From NCBI GenBank assembly GCA_951406725.2, contig OX597819.1:130944001-131008000 (forward strand): a stretch of DNA of 64,000 nt, given 5' to 3'. Shown piece by piece: positions 39,711 through 52,431 of this stretch. The first letter of the stretch is position 1, and each line of letters begins with the position of its first letter. The translations under genes and the position numbers were made by a program. Source of the DNA: Octopus vulgaris. Lineage: Eukaryota. A model generated the notes under the pieces. The model saw only the letters and a list, made by a program, of their open reading frames with translations. It did no database searches and was not told the origin of the DNA.

Positions 39711-40101
39711 GCGCATGGCTCAGTGAAGGCGCATGGCTCAGTGAAGGCGCATGGTTCAGTGAAGGCGCATGGCTTAGTGGTTAGAGCGTCGAGCTTACGA
39801 TCGTGAGGTTGTGAGCTCGAATCCCGGATCGGGCTGCGTGTTGTGTTCTTGAGCAAGGCGCTTTATTTCACGTTGCTCCAGTTCACTCAGCTGTAGAAAT
39901 GAGTTGCGACGTCACAGGTGCCAAGTTGTATCGGCCCCTTTGCCTTTCCCTTGGATAATACTAGTGGCGTGGAGAGGGGAGGCTGGTATGCATGGGAGAC
40001 TGCTGGTCTTCCATAAAATAACCTTGCCCGGACTTGTGTCTAGGAGGGTAACTTTCTAGGTGCAATCTCATGGTCATTCATGACCGAAGGGGGTCTTTAC
40101 C
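39711..40101 (+). mobile_element. SINE family D with reiterated 5' end
   Basis: 13-bp TSD TTAGATATTAAAG at 39698-39710 and 40102-40114. Confidence 0.88.
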
Positions 40102-40286
40102 TTAGATATTAAAGAATGGAAAAACTGCAAAAGGGCAGGAAGTAAATAGTCAAAGGTTTTGTCGGTAGAAAAATGAAAGAAGTTATAAATTGTTTGAGGC
40201 TGTAAAGCAGGTCCTGAAGAAAGAGCATGACGTTAGGTATTAAATGGAAGAAGTTCGCAGAAAAGTGATGCTATATAATACAATAA

Positions 40287-40710
40287 GGATCTTTTCGGTT
40301 TGAACGGCAGTTTTTAACATAATTTCTAGGTAACTAAAAAATTTTAAACTTCGTATACTGGTAGAATGTGTCTATAAAACATCTTTTTCTCTTGGCTTTA
40401 TTGAGAAAATTCTATAGTTTGTAACATATTTCGTCTTTAATTTCTTGCATTCCGGCAATTTTAACCAATCAATGACCGTATATTGGGGTGAAAACATTCC
40501 GTGCAGTATGAATATGTCCCTCGTTTAAGAAACAGATTGGGTTTATTTACATTTGTGAAGAAAAAAAGATACCCTTCCCCCACCCCTAACTCTAACCCTA
40601 AATCTAAAATAGATTGAAATGCAATAGATCGATATTAGGGTTATAATTATGGGTGACAATTTCATACGACACCGCTAGGGAAAATGGGAGTTTATTGTAG
40701 CGGTGTCAAA
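40287..40710. mobile_element. Diverged relative of element F (another fragment at 49565-49751)
   Basis: GGATCTTTTCGGTTTGAACGGCAG start, shared TIR body, short CCCTAA tract. Confidence 0.7.
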
Positions 40711-41805
40711 TGCATTTAAGAATGTACATATGTATGCATGGACACTCAAATATATGCATGTACACGTATGAATATACGTATATTTGAGCACACACACACA
40801 GATGGGTACTGATACAGATGTTATTCCATTTGTAGATCATAATGTATGCTAAACTTTCTGAATGTTTTACATATTTTCGCAGTGTTTTTAATAGCTTGTA
40901 GCTGTAATCTCTTGATTTAGCTAGTTTTTTTCTGGTTTTGTGAAACCCAGCTGCTCAAAATTGGTACTGAGACGGTTCGTCTCATCACCGGTTGATCCAA
41001 TAATTATGAGGAGAAATATCATCATTTCGGCGCAGATTTTTTTTTTTTTTTCACTAATTTTTAACATTAAGTTCACAAAATTCAGAATATCTGATTTTTA
41101 CTAACCGCATAATTTTCTCGTCCAGTTTTGCGAGGCAGACATAATAATCTGACTCGGATAATTACATTTGGCCTGTTTTTTGGGGGGATTTCATTGGCGT
41201 CTTGATTGGAATGTTTTCACCTTTATTCTTTTAATTTACGAGTGATTTATGCCCTCTATCTCACTGTCGGATATTTGATTTCTATACTCGGGATTGTTCT
41301 GTGTTCCATTTGATTCTAGCCACAACATCATGTCTCATAGGTAGATATCGCCGAGGTGACAATTTCGGGGGGCGACTTATGTCAAGATTACAAGAAGAGA
41401 CAAGAAATGACATTTTAAACAATTATGTAAGAAGAAATGAGAGTAAAACCAAAAGATCTGTTGTCTCTAATAAAACTGCAAATAGTGAATCAGAAAGTAA
41501 ACAGAATCAAATGTTTCCTCGGAACAAGATGAGAGGTGGAGTTAGAAATTGTTTGAGGTTGTAATGCAATTCGTGAAGAGAATGATGTTAGACATAAAAT
41601 GGTGGGAAGTCGCAGTAAATTGGTGAATATTATAAATCCCATGCTAACGGGAGAAGATAGATAGAATAGCTGAACCTAGAATAGAAGAAGGGTCAAATTC
41701 GGGATGATACAAACGGGAAAAAAAATCATTGAAAGGATCTAAGACAAAATTCCAAAGAAAACAAAATACGAAGAGCACAAAGGAGTAAGCAGACCAGCCA
41801 CCGGA

Positions 41806-41878
41806 TGCCGAAACCCGGGATTGAACCAGGGACCTTTAGATCTTCAGTCTAACGCTCTCCCAACTGAGCTATTTCGGC
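41806..41878 (-). tRNA. tRNA-Phe(GAA), major sequence
   Basis: Identical body; proximal T-run terminator disrupted. Confidence 0.95.
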
Positions 41879-42379
41879 AGACAAGAGCGTTAACCTAAAC
41901 TGTCGATGTCACTTGTAATATATATCAGACATAAAGTGGCCACCTGGCAGAATCGTTAGCACGCTGGGCGAAATGCTTTACAGTAGTTCGTCTCTTCCGC
42001 TACGGAATTCAAATTCTGCCGAGGTCGACTTTGGCTTTTATCCTTTCTGGGTCGATGTAATCGACTAGTCCTCCTCCCCCAGAATTTCAGGCTTTGTGCC
42101 TAGAGTAGAAAGAATCATAGATTATTTACTTTTTGCGAAAGACTTTTTTTTTATCACAGATTCTGAATTTTTAACATAAAGCGACATGTTTAAGGACTCT
42201 TTTATCTTTTACTTTTTTACGGTCATGCTGGGGCACCACCTCCAAGAATTTTTAGTCAATGAATCGACCCAGTATAAAAAGATCAAATAATCGAGAGAGA
42301 AAAAACATATCAATCTCATCTAGGAAACAAAGAAAAAGAAAAACAAGGAGTAGAATAAGTAGCAGAAGATGGGAGGGGA

Positions 42380-42836
42380 GGGAGCGACCGGTTGCATACC
42401 CCACGCGAAATGGCGTGTTCAGCGGCGCCTCGCGGACATTGCAGCAATGGCGTTACCGCGGAAAATGGCCAGTGACACTCGCTGCAACAACCACCCCACC
42501 TTGCAGGGATCATTTCTCAGACAGGCCGCAGTTATCCCGATTTTGAAGAGGAAATCAGCCGTGCAAGGTCTGAGAAGACCTGAAATCACGTCGTCAACCG
42601 GCACAAAATGATATCCGCCTGTCAGGCTCCCGAATTTGTTTATCTTCCTCTCCTTTGCGTTACGAGCAACGATACCCAGGTTTGTGTCCGATGTAGCAAG
42701 TTTGAAGCTGGAGAACGTGTCGAGGCACACCGCATCCCTGATTAGGGATCTATCTCGCCTCGTATGGGAAGAGACGCTTACCATCCCCGCGGTCAAGACC
42801 TACTGGCTCCAGTTGTGACTGGAAGCCAGCCACGTT
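42380..42836 (-). mobile_element. CRE-clade non-LTR retrotransposon 3' fragment (restriction-like endonuclease)
   Basis: EPVGLDRGDGKR, LI.DAVCLDTF, K..KF..L..YHFVPV, WLLQRVSLAIFRGNA. Confidence 0.8.
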
Positions 42837-42964
42837 GAAAACCCTTCTAATTATGTCGTTCTAAGTTGCGTGTCGACGGGGTAAATACGGTTCTACTATT
42901 GTTTTTAAATACTTTTGTGGGCGTGTGTGTGTGGGTGTGGGTGTGTGGGTGTGTGTGTGTGTGG

Positions 42965-42998
<34 letters not shown>

Positions 42999-43848
42999 AA
43001 TGGAAGAAGTTTCATTCAATACTGCAGTATTGATCGTTGTCCTGAAGGCAAAAAACAAATTTTAATAATGGATGAAAAGTGAACAAGTTCGAGGATTTCC
43101 TGTGCAGACGCAGGGCTTCTGGCGAAAAGCGGAAGGAAGGTGGAGTCAGAAATCGTTTGAGATTGCAATACAAGTCATGAAGAACATAAGATTTGTCCAT
43201 AAAATGGAAGAAACACGCAAAAATTTATGTAACATAATTTTAAAAACATGGGCTTTGATAGACAAGCTATGTGAAATAGTTGGAAGCTGCAATCGAAGAC
43301 GGATGGAATGTAAAATGAAGAGAAAGAAGAAAGAGATAATAACTGAAAAGAACTCATGCCTAAAATAAAATATAAACGGAAACAGAAATTAGTTGACCAG
43401 TGGAAAAATCCAAGGATTTCCGCTGAAGATAGAAGGCATATGGTACAAAAATGGGCGAAAGAACGAGTCAGAAATCGTTTTTGAGACTGTAATACAAGTC
43501 TACACGTCGTACATGAGGTCTACATAAAATGGAAGAATGTTGCTGAAAATTTATGCAATATAAATTCAGTGCACGATAGAGAAGTTTGAGGTTTGAAGAA
43601 GTGACTGGAATTTGGGATCGAAGATGCGTCGAATCCGTCTTAAAATGGAGGGGAAAGTCGGCAAAATGGATCCGTACCTTCGGAAGAAGGATTGGCTCCG
43701 AGAGAGAGAAGGAAAAAAAATCCCGCGGTCGACCGCGGAAGGTAGGTGCTTCGGTGTCGTCATGGCCGCGCAGGCAAAGGAATAGTTCTTCATGCTTAAA
43801 ATGAAATTTGAATGAAAAGAAAAAAAAATGACTAGATCCGTCAATATA

Positions 43849-43921
43849 TGCCGAAACCCGGGATCGAACCAGGGACCTTTAGATCTTCAGTCTAACGCTC
43901 TCCCAACTGAGCTATTTCGGC
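43849..43921 (-). tRNA. tRNA-Phe(GAA), TTCGATC T-loop isodecoder
   Basis: Full cloverleaf; T-loop TTCGATC; distinct leader and trailer; T-run downstream. Confidence 0.96.
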
Positions 43922-44184
43922 TGACGAATGTGATCGCGTAAAACAGTACATACCATGTGTATTGTATATTAAGTGTGTGTTTGCGTATGTGAGAGAGAGA
44001 GAGAGAAAGTGGGGGAGAGAGAGGTCAATAAGATGCGCAGAGCTTCAGCTTTGAGTTGAAAATAATTCTTTAAAGTCTCCCCCCCCCCCTCCAATTTACC
44101 GTTTTATGTCAAGAATACAACATCTACAATAAGGAAGTCTTTGGCAGGTCTAGAAATAACGTGATTGATATACAATGCTCAACA

Positions 44185-44225
44185 TCCGAAATAGCTCAGT
44201 TGACCGAAGATACTGGTTTTCGGCA
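44185..44225 (+). pseudogene. Internally deleted tRNA-Phe remnant
   Basis: CCGAAATAGCTCAGTTG..GACCGAAGAT..CTGG..TTTCGGCA followed by trailer-like GCTGGTCGCTGGCCAGC. Confidence 0.8.
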
Positions 44226-45000
44226 GCTGGTCGCTGGCCAGCTTCGTTTTTCGTACATTCAAAATTCATTTTATCCATGAAGAACTATTTCTTTCGCTGA
44301 TTTTTTTCTCCTCATTCATTTCATATCTGATTCGATCCATCTTCGATTCTAGATTGGAAATATATCCTAAGTCATTCCAAAGTGATGAGCAGCTTGAGGA
44401 ATTACAACCGTGTTTCGTGCTCTGCTGCCACAACAGCTCCTTTATAGGGTCCAGTTAGCTGAAGACATCATCAGGAGGAACCAAGGAACCACGTCCGGTT
44501 TCGGCCCCTACTCCTCTACCGTTCTGACGTGGCAGGGGACCCCCCCCCCTTTCGGGGGTGTCTTCAGCTCTGGCTCTGGAGTCCAGAATCCCGCATTCGC
44601 ATCCACCAAAAAAATCACAAAAAGTAAACCCACAGGGACTTCGAAGTAGTTTCCAGAGAAAAGGTTAAATGTGACAATATGGAGAACAAGGAGAACAAGG
44701 CGAATAAATACTGGAAGAAGGGGAAAAGGAGGTGTGTGTGTGTGTGTGTGGAGAAATAACACAAAGTCTTTCTAAAACTCCCAGAATGGAAACCTTCACT
44801 CGTAAGAGACTTTCCCTCCTCCTATCAATAGTTTCTTTCCTTCTTAATCTCTCCATTGTTAAGAGGAAAGAAAATCGAAAATATCGATCTTACTTAAATG
44901 TTAATTTTGATTTTAAATGATGCTGAGATTTTCATTTCTCTGTCTCTTCACCCCTTTTCTTGACAACTGAGGGAGTAAGAACAAAAGAAAGAAAAGAAAA

Positions 45001-45300
45001 TCTATCTATATCTATATCTATATATATAAAACTGAGAATGTGTACGTGTGTGTCTGTCTGTGTGAATCCCTAAAACTTGATAACTACGCAACCAATTTCA
45101 TTCAAATTTTACGCACACCTTACTTAGGGTCCATGTAGTGTCATGGGCAAAATAAAATTTTAACTTCTTGCCCAGTGCGAGCCCACAACAATATCATATC
45201 TTCTCCACGATTTCAGTAATACGTGTCAAAAGTGAAACAAAAACATCTCTCTATTGTAATGTCAGATGCTTTCAGTTTAATACTGAAAGAATTAAAGTCG
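45001..45300 (+). mobile_element. Possible Helitron 5' fragment (different family; right end uncertain)
   Basis: TCTATATATATAAAA...GTCTGTCTG start resembling Helitron 5' ends; no 3' CTAG hairpin found. Confidence 0.4.
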
Positions 45301-45459
45301 AACTATTATATAACAGGGATGAACCATTAACAGTGGACATCCATTTTGGTAGAAGAAGATCCGCTATGGTCTTATATGCTACACCACTGGTTTTCAATTC
45401 ATATTAATCAAATTAATATTCAATTTTTCACTCTTATTATTTTAAATTTAAATTTACAG

Positions 45460-45567
<108 letters not shown>

Positions 45568-45599
45568 GTGTGTGTGATTGTGTATAGAAGAACTCCTTT

Positions 45600-45639
<40 letters not shown>

Positions 45640-45740
45640 GTATATATATATGCATGTATATGTATACATCTATATGTTTAGCTGTATATGTATAGATGTA
45701 TTTCTATAGATATAGATGTATATGTATACATGTATGTGTA

Positions 45741-45806
<66 letters not shown>

Positions 45807-46155
45807 TACATATAATATTTACACATATATATACACATATATACATGCATACATATATACACCCATACACACATACACCCCTACACACACACATACATAG
45901 GTGCAGGTGTGGGTGTATGGTAACAAACTTGGTTCCAAAACACATGGTCCTCAGTTCAGTCCCACTGTGTGGTTACTTGGCATGTGTCTTCTGCTATAGC
46001 CTCAGACCAACCAAAGCCTCGTCAGTGGATTTTGTAGACAGAAACTGAAAGAAATCAATTGTATGTAGATGTATGTATATATGTAAGTCTATGTGTATGT
46101 CTTTGTGTTTCTTCCTCATCACTGCTTCACAACTGGTGTTCGTTTATTTACATCC

Positions 46156-46211
<56 letters not shown>

Positions 46212-46661
46212 CTCTAATGGGGGCCTTAACTCCCAAATTTTAGTCATTTCTTTTATGATCCAAAACTAGGTCAAAAGTACTGAGTGGATCTTTATGAAAT
46301 TTAGAAATTATATTCTATGCATAAGGGCCACAACCCCCATGACAATTCATATATTTTTGCTGTTGATGAAATTTTAACCATAGATATTAGACACAAATGA
46401 AGTAATATTTATAAAATTTAATCTTCTTATAAGTTAGAAAGACCCCTCCATGGGGACTTAACACCCACAATTTTGTCATTTTATCTAAGCAAAGACGAAT
46501 ACAGTTGTACTCTTGGAAACTGTAGGGTTTAATTGATTAAAGTACTCTCAGTTTGTCGCCTGCTGTTAAAAGCCATTATCTACAGCAAAACGTCTTTGGC
46601 AAGAATGTACTGTGAGACACAATACGATTGACATAGAAAGTTTAGATAAAAGCAGTCACCA

Positions 46662-46734
46662 GCCGAAATAGCTCAGTTGGGAGAGCGTTAGACTGAAGAT
46701 CTAAAGGTCCCTGGTTCAATCCCGGGTTTCGGCA
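46662..46734 (+). tRNA. tRNA-Phe(GAA), major sequence
   Basis: Exact major sequence, conserved trailer, T-run. Confidence 0.97.
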
Positions 46735-46960
46735 TCCGGTGGCTGGTCTGCATCTTTTTTTATTTTTATTCTTATTCTATTTTCGCTTGAAATTTGCTTT
46801 TGACCTGAAGAAATAGGTGAGATAGCTGGAAGCTGGAAGCGAAGATGGGTCGAATCCGATTTGAAATGAAAGACAAAAAAAACCATTAAAAGGAAAGGGT
46901 CTTCGTTCCTAAAATAAAGTTTGAACGAAAAGAGAATCTAGTAACAGACCAGTCACTAGA

Positions 46961-47033
46961 TGCCGAAACCCGAGATTGAACCAGGGGCCTTTAGATCTTC
47001 AGTATAACGCTCTCACCACTGAGCCACTTCGGT
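46961..47033 (-). pseudogene. Divergent tRNA-Phe(GAA) variant
   Basis: A1:C72 mismatch, anticodon-stem T:C mismatch, G53:T61, altered D-loop. Confidence 0.8.
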
Positions 47034-47449
47034 TGGCGGTAGCATCGCTCCAAACAATCAGTGTCGCGGTGTTTTAAGAAAAAAACAGAAATGCAAATAG
47101 CGATGAAAAGTGAAAAAATTCAAAGATTTCTTCTCAAGACGCAAGGCAAAAAAATGGAGTGAAAAATGGTTTTTGAGATTGTAATACAAGTCGGGAAGTG
47201 CATGAAGGCCATAAAGCAAATCGCGAAGAAGAAGAAGAAACATGTGAACTGAGACATAGAGTGGTAGAAAGTCGCAGAAAATTGATGTTAATACTATTAT
47301 CAGAGTGTTTGAGACAGAATCTAGATGGAATAGCTAGAACGTGGGTCGAAAAAGTATCAATGAAACGATTAGTTCTTCAGGTCAAAAGCAAATTTCAAGC
47401 GAAAATAGAATAAAAATAAAAATAAAAAAGATGCAGACCAGCCACCGGA

Positions 47450-47522
47450 TGCCGAAACCCGGGATTGAACCAGGGACCTTTAGATCTTCAGTCTAACGCT
47501 CTCCCAACTGAGCTATTTCGGC
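47450..47522 (-). tRNA. tRNA-Phe(GAA), major sequence
   Basis: Exact major sequence. Confidence 0.97.
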
Positions 47523-47778
47523 TGGTGACTGATTTTATCTAAACTTTCTATGTCAATCGTATTGTGTCTCACAGTACATTCTTGCCAAAGACGTTTTGCT
47601 GTAGATAATGGCTTTTAACATCAGGCGACAAGCTGAGAGTACTTTAATCAATTATATCAAACACAGCACAACAGATTTCATTGAACCCCAGTAGCCGGGG
47701 TTACCGATGAAATCAGAATGTAAGTAGTGCAAAGAATTTAAAGTGGCTCTCTATGAATTCATGTGTGCGCCTTTTTAC

Positions 47779-47850
<72 letters not shown>

Positions 47851-48059
47851 AAGAAAGAGAGAGCATTTGAGTGAGAAGAAGCGGAAAAGAAATTGTTGCT
47901 CTGAGTTTTCCGTTCCTGACTTTCGATCAAAACTATATGGACGCATGTTTTCCTGTTTTTATTTTTCGCATAAATCACCAGTGGGGAAAAATAACCATTT
48001 CCTAGTCATGAGGCGCTTTGTTGGAATTTACACAGTATCAATAGCATAGTCTTACATGT

Positions 48060-48455
48060 ACTCTTTACTCTTTTTACTCTTTTTACTCTTTTTACTTGTT
48101 TCAGTCATTTGACTGCGGCCATGCTGGAGCACCGCCTTTAGTCGAGCAAATCGACCCCGGGACTTATTCTTTGTTACTTATTCTTATTCTAAGTTACGGG
48201 GACGTAAACACACCAGCATCGGTTGTCAAGCAATGCTAGGGAAACAAACACAGACACACAAACATATTCACACACACTTATATATATATACATATATACG
48301 ACAGGCTTCTTTCAGTTTCCGTCTACCAAACCCAATCACAAGGCATTGGTCGGCCCGGGGCTATAGCAGAAGACACGTGCCCAAGATGCCACGCAGTGGG
48401 ACTGAACCCGGAACCATGTGGTTGGTTAGCAAGCTACTTACCAAACAGCCACTAC
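48060..48455 (-). mobile_element. SINE family B, inserted after segmental duplication
   Basis: Absent from paralogous site at ~52664. Confidence 0.85.
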
Positions 48456-49299
48456 GCGGTAGTGCTGAAAAGTTCTTGGCTTGAGGTGAAAGAAAACACA
48501 GGAGGATCAGTTAACTATGATTTTATTCAACATATTCCCCTCTCAGACTCACACACTGCAGCAGTCCTTCTTTCGGTTCCTATCTACCAAATCCATTCAC
48601 AAGGCTTTAGTCAGCCCAAGTTTATAGCAAAAGGCGATTAAAAAAGTGGTTTGTGTTTCAAGAAAAAAAAATGTAAATGGTGAATGAGAAATGAACAAAA
48701 TCCTCAGGAGATATAAAAGGCTTGTAGTGGCAACTAGGTGAAAGGTATTGTCAGGTTGACTTTGCCTTTCATCCTTTCGGGTCGATTAAATAAGTACCAG
48801 TTACGCACTGGGGTCGATATAATCGACTTAATCAGTGTGTCTGTCCTTGTTTGTCCTCTCTGTGTTTGGCCCCTTGTGGGTAGTAAAGAAATAGGTATTG
48901 TCAGGAATCCGTTGAGACTGTAATGAAAGTCTTGAAAAAGAAACGTGAAGTTTAGACAAAAATTGGTAGGGAGTCGCTGAAAATTGATGCAATATGATAC
49001 ATTTTTATTAATATTTAGCAGAAGCAATAGAGTGACCCAACGGCCGAGAGTCTCATGCGTTGGCACTTGCGGAGCCGAATACAAATATAGATACACTCGT
49101 ATTTTGAATTGTATTTTTCTTGTTTGCATCACCAAACTTGTAATATATTATAAATCGAGTGGAATGAAAGGTGGGTGGAATCCGGGATGAAAGGAATAGA
49201 AATAAAAGCATTGAAAGGAACTGTTGGTGAAACCTAGACTAAAACTTGAATGTGAAGAGCGAAAGATAAAAAAAAAAAAGAAGCAGACCAGCCACCGGA

Positions 49300-49372
49300 T
49301 GCCGAAACCCGGGATTGAACCAGGGACCTTTAGATCTTCAGTCTAACGCTCTCCCAACTGAGCTATTTCGGC
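49300..49372 (-). tRNA. tRNA-Phe(GAA), major sequence
   Basis: Exact major sequence. Confidence 0.97.
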
Positions 49373-49909
49373 TGGTAATAGTATTTGTCTAACCTTTCCA
49401 TGTCAATTGTATTGTATACCAAACAGCATTCCTGTTGCAGACAGGGAAGAGCAAATAGAAACGAGAACTCAGCGATGGCTTATAGAAGAGACCAAAACTT
49501 TAGAAATCGTCAACCCGAGTTTTCCACCCGTCACCTTCGCTCAGCAATATATGTATCATAACGGGGATCTTTTCGCTTTGACCGGCAGATTTTTAAAATA
49601 ATTTCCACGTAACTAAACACTTTTAAACTTCGTATACTGGTAGAATGTGTTACATAAAACATCTTTTTCTCTTGGCTTTCTTGAGAAAAGTCTGTAGTTT
49701 GTAAGCTATTTGTTGTTTAATTTCTTGCATTTCGGCAATTTCAACCAATCATAACTTACTGGTTTCACAAGAAGAAACTAATAGAATAAGTACCAGGCTT
49801 ATCAACATAAAAAAAGCACTAAGCTGTGTCTCATATTTTTGTTTGCCCACTAAGGTGTATCTATCAATTTATCTTTGTATGTGTATGTGTGTGTATATCT
49901 ATCTATCTA

Positions 49910-50039
<130 letters not shown>

Positions 50040-50518
50040 CACACACACACACATATATATATATAACACCCTAATGGGGGCCTTAACTCCCAAATTTTAG
50101 TCATTTCTTTTATGATCCAAACCTAGGTCAAAAGTACTGAATGGATCTTTAGGAAATTTGGAAATTATATTCTATGCATAAGGGCCACAACCCCCATGAC
50201 AATTCATATATTTTTGCTGTTGATGAAATTTTAACCATAGATATTAGACACAAATGAAGTAATATTTATAAAATTTAATCTTCTTATAAGTTAGAAAGAC
50301 CCCTCCATGGAGACTTAACACCCACAATTTTGTCATTTTATCTAAGCAAAGACGAATACAGCTGTACTCTTGGAAAGTGTAGGGTTTAATTGATTAAAGT
50401 ACTCTCAGTTTGTCGCCTGCTGTTAAAAGCCATTATCTACAGCAAAACGTCTTTGGCAAGAATGTACTGTGAGACACAATACGATTGACATAGAAAGTTT
50501 AGATAAAGGCAGTCACCA

Positions 50519-50591
50519 GCCGAAATAGCTCAGTTGGGAGAGCGTTAGACTGAAGATCTAAAGGTCCCTGGTTCAATCCCGGGTTTCGGCA
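50519..50591 (+). tRNA. tRNA-Phe(GAA), major sequence
   Basis: Exact major sequence; left arm of palindrome. Confidence 0.97.
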
Positions 50592-51012
50592 TCCGGTGGC
50601 TGGTCTGCATCTTTTTTTTTTTTATTATTCTTATTCTATTTTCGCTTGAAATTTGCTTTTGACCTGAAGAACTAATCGTTTCATTGATACTTTTTCGACC
50701 CAGGTTCTAGCTATTCCATCTAGATTCTGTCTCAAACACTCTGATAATAGTATTAACATCAATTTTCTGCGACTTTCTACCACTCTATGTCTCAGTTCAC
50801 ATGTTTCTTCTTCTTCTTCGCGATTTGCTTTATGGCCTTCATGCCCTTCCCGACTTGTATTACAATCTCAAAAACCATTTTTCACTCCATTTTTTTTGCT
50901 TTGCGTCTTGAGAAGAAATCTTTGAATTTTTTCACTTTTCATCGCTATTTGCATCTCTGGTTTTTTTCTTAAAACACCGCGACACTGATTGTTTGGAGCG
51001 ATGCTACCGCCA

Positions 51013-51085
51013 ACCGAAATGGCTCAGTGGTGAGAGCGTTATACTGAAGATCTAAAGGCCCCTGGTTCAATCTCGGGTTTCGGCA
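51013..51085 (+). pseudogene. Divergent tRNA-Phe(GAA) variant
   Basis: ACCGAAATGGCTCAGTGGTGAGAGCGTTATACTGAAGA...TCTCGGGTTTCGGCA; same stem mismatches as 46961 copy. Confidence 0.8.
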
Positions 51086-51555
51086 TCTAGTGACTGGTCT
51101 GTTATTGGATTCTCTTTTCGTTCAAACTTTATTTTAGGAACGAAGACCCGTTCCTTTCAATGATTTTATTCGTCTTTCATTTCATATCGGATTCGACCCA
51201 TCTTCGCTTCCAGGTTCCAGCTATTTCACCTAGCTTGTCTGGCAAACATTAGATTTCCTCTGAAGATACAAGGCTCCAGGCGCAAATTGGGTTCAGAAAT
51301 CATTTGATACTCTTACGAGTCAGAAAGAACATCAGGTTTATACATATAATGGAAGAAACACTCGAAAATTATCTAACGTAAATTTAATCTAATGTTTGCC
51401 AGACAAGCTAGGTGAAATAGCTGGAATCTGGAAGCGAAGATGAGTCGAATCCGATATGAAATGAAAGACGAATAAAATCATTGAAAGGAACGGGTCTTCG
51501 TTCCTAAAATAAAGTTTGAACGAAAAGAGAATCCAATAACAGACCAGTCACTAGA

Positions 51556-51628
51556 TGCCGAAACCCGAGATTGAACCAGGGGCCTTTAGATCTTCAGTAT
51601 AACGCTCTCCCCACTGAGCCATTTCGGT
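51556..51628 (-). pseudogene. Divergent tRNA-Phe(GAA) variant
   Basis: Same variant class; right arm of palindrome. Confidence 0.8.
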
Positions 51629-52035
51629 CGGCGGTAGCAGCGCTCCAAACAATCAGTGCCGCGGTGTTTTAAGAAAAAAACAGAAATGCAAATAGCGATG
51701 AAAAGTGAAAAAATTCAAAGATTTCTTCTCAAGACGCAAGGCAAAAAAATGGAGTCGAAAATGGTTTTTGAGATTGTAATACAAGTCGGGAAGGGCATGA
51801 AGGCCATAAAGCAAATCGCGAAGAAGAAGAAACATGTGAACTGAGACATAGAGTGGTAGAAAGTCGCAGAAAATGGATGTTAATACTATTATCAGAGTGT
51901 TTGAGACAGAATCTAGATGGAATAGCTAGAACCTGGGTCGAAAAAGTATCAATGAAACGATTAGTTCTTCAGGTCAAAAGCAAATTTCAAGCGAAAATAG
52001 AATAAAAATAAAAAAGAAGCAGACCAGCCACCGGA

Positions 52036-52108
52036 TGCCGAAACCCGGGATTGAACCAGGGACCTTTAGATCTTCAGTCTAACGCTCTCCCAACTGAGCT
52101 ATTTCGGC
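52036..52108 (-). tRNA. tRNA-Phe(GAA), major sequence
   Basis: Exact major sequence. Confidence 0.97.
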
Positions 52109-52364
52109 TGGTGACTGCTTTTGTCTAAACTTTCTATGTCAATCGTATTGTGTCTCACAGTACATTCTTGCCAAAGACGTTTTGCTGTAGATAATGGCTT
52201 TTAACATCAGGCGACAAGCTGAGAGTACTTTAATCAATTATATCAAACACAGCACAACAGATTTCATTGAACCCCAGTAGCCGGGGTTACCGATGAAATC
52301 AGAATGTAAGTACTGCAAAGAATTTAAAGTGACTCTCTATGAATTCATGTGTGCGCCTTTTTAC

Positions 52365-52431
<67 letters not shown>

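Larger units (their letters stand above)
50387..52240. repeat. Large inverted repeat: arms 50387-51255 and 51386-52240, 130-bp spacer
   Basis: Arms are reverse complements with few substitutions. Confidence 0.92.
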
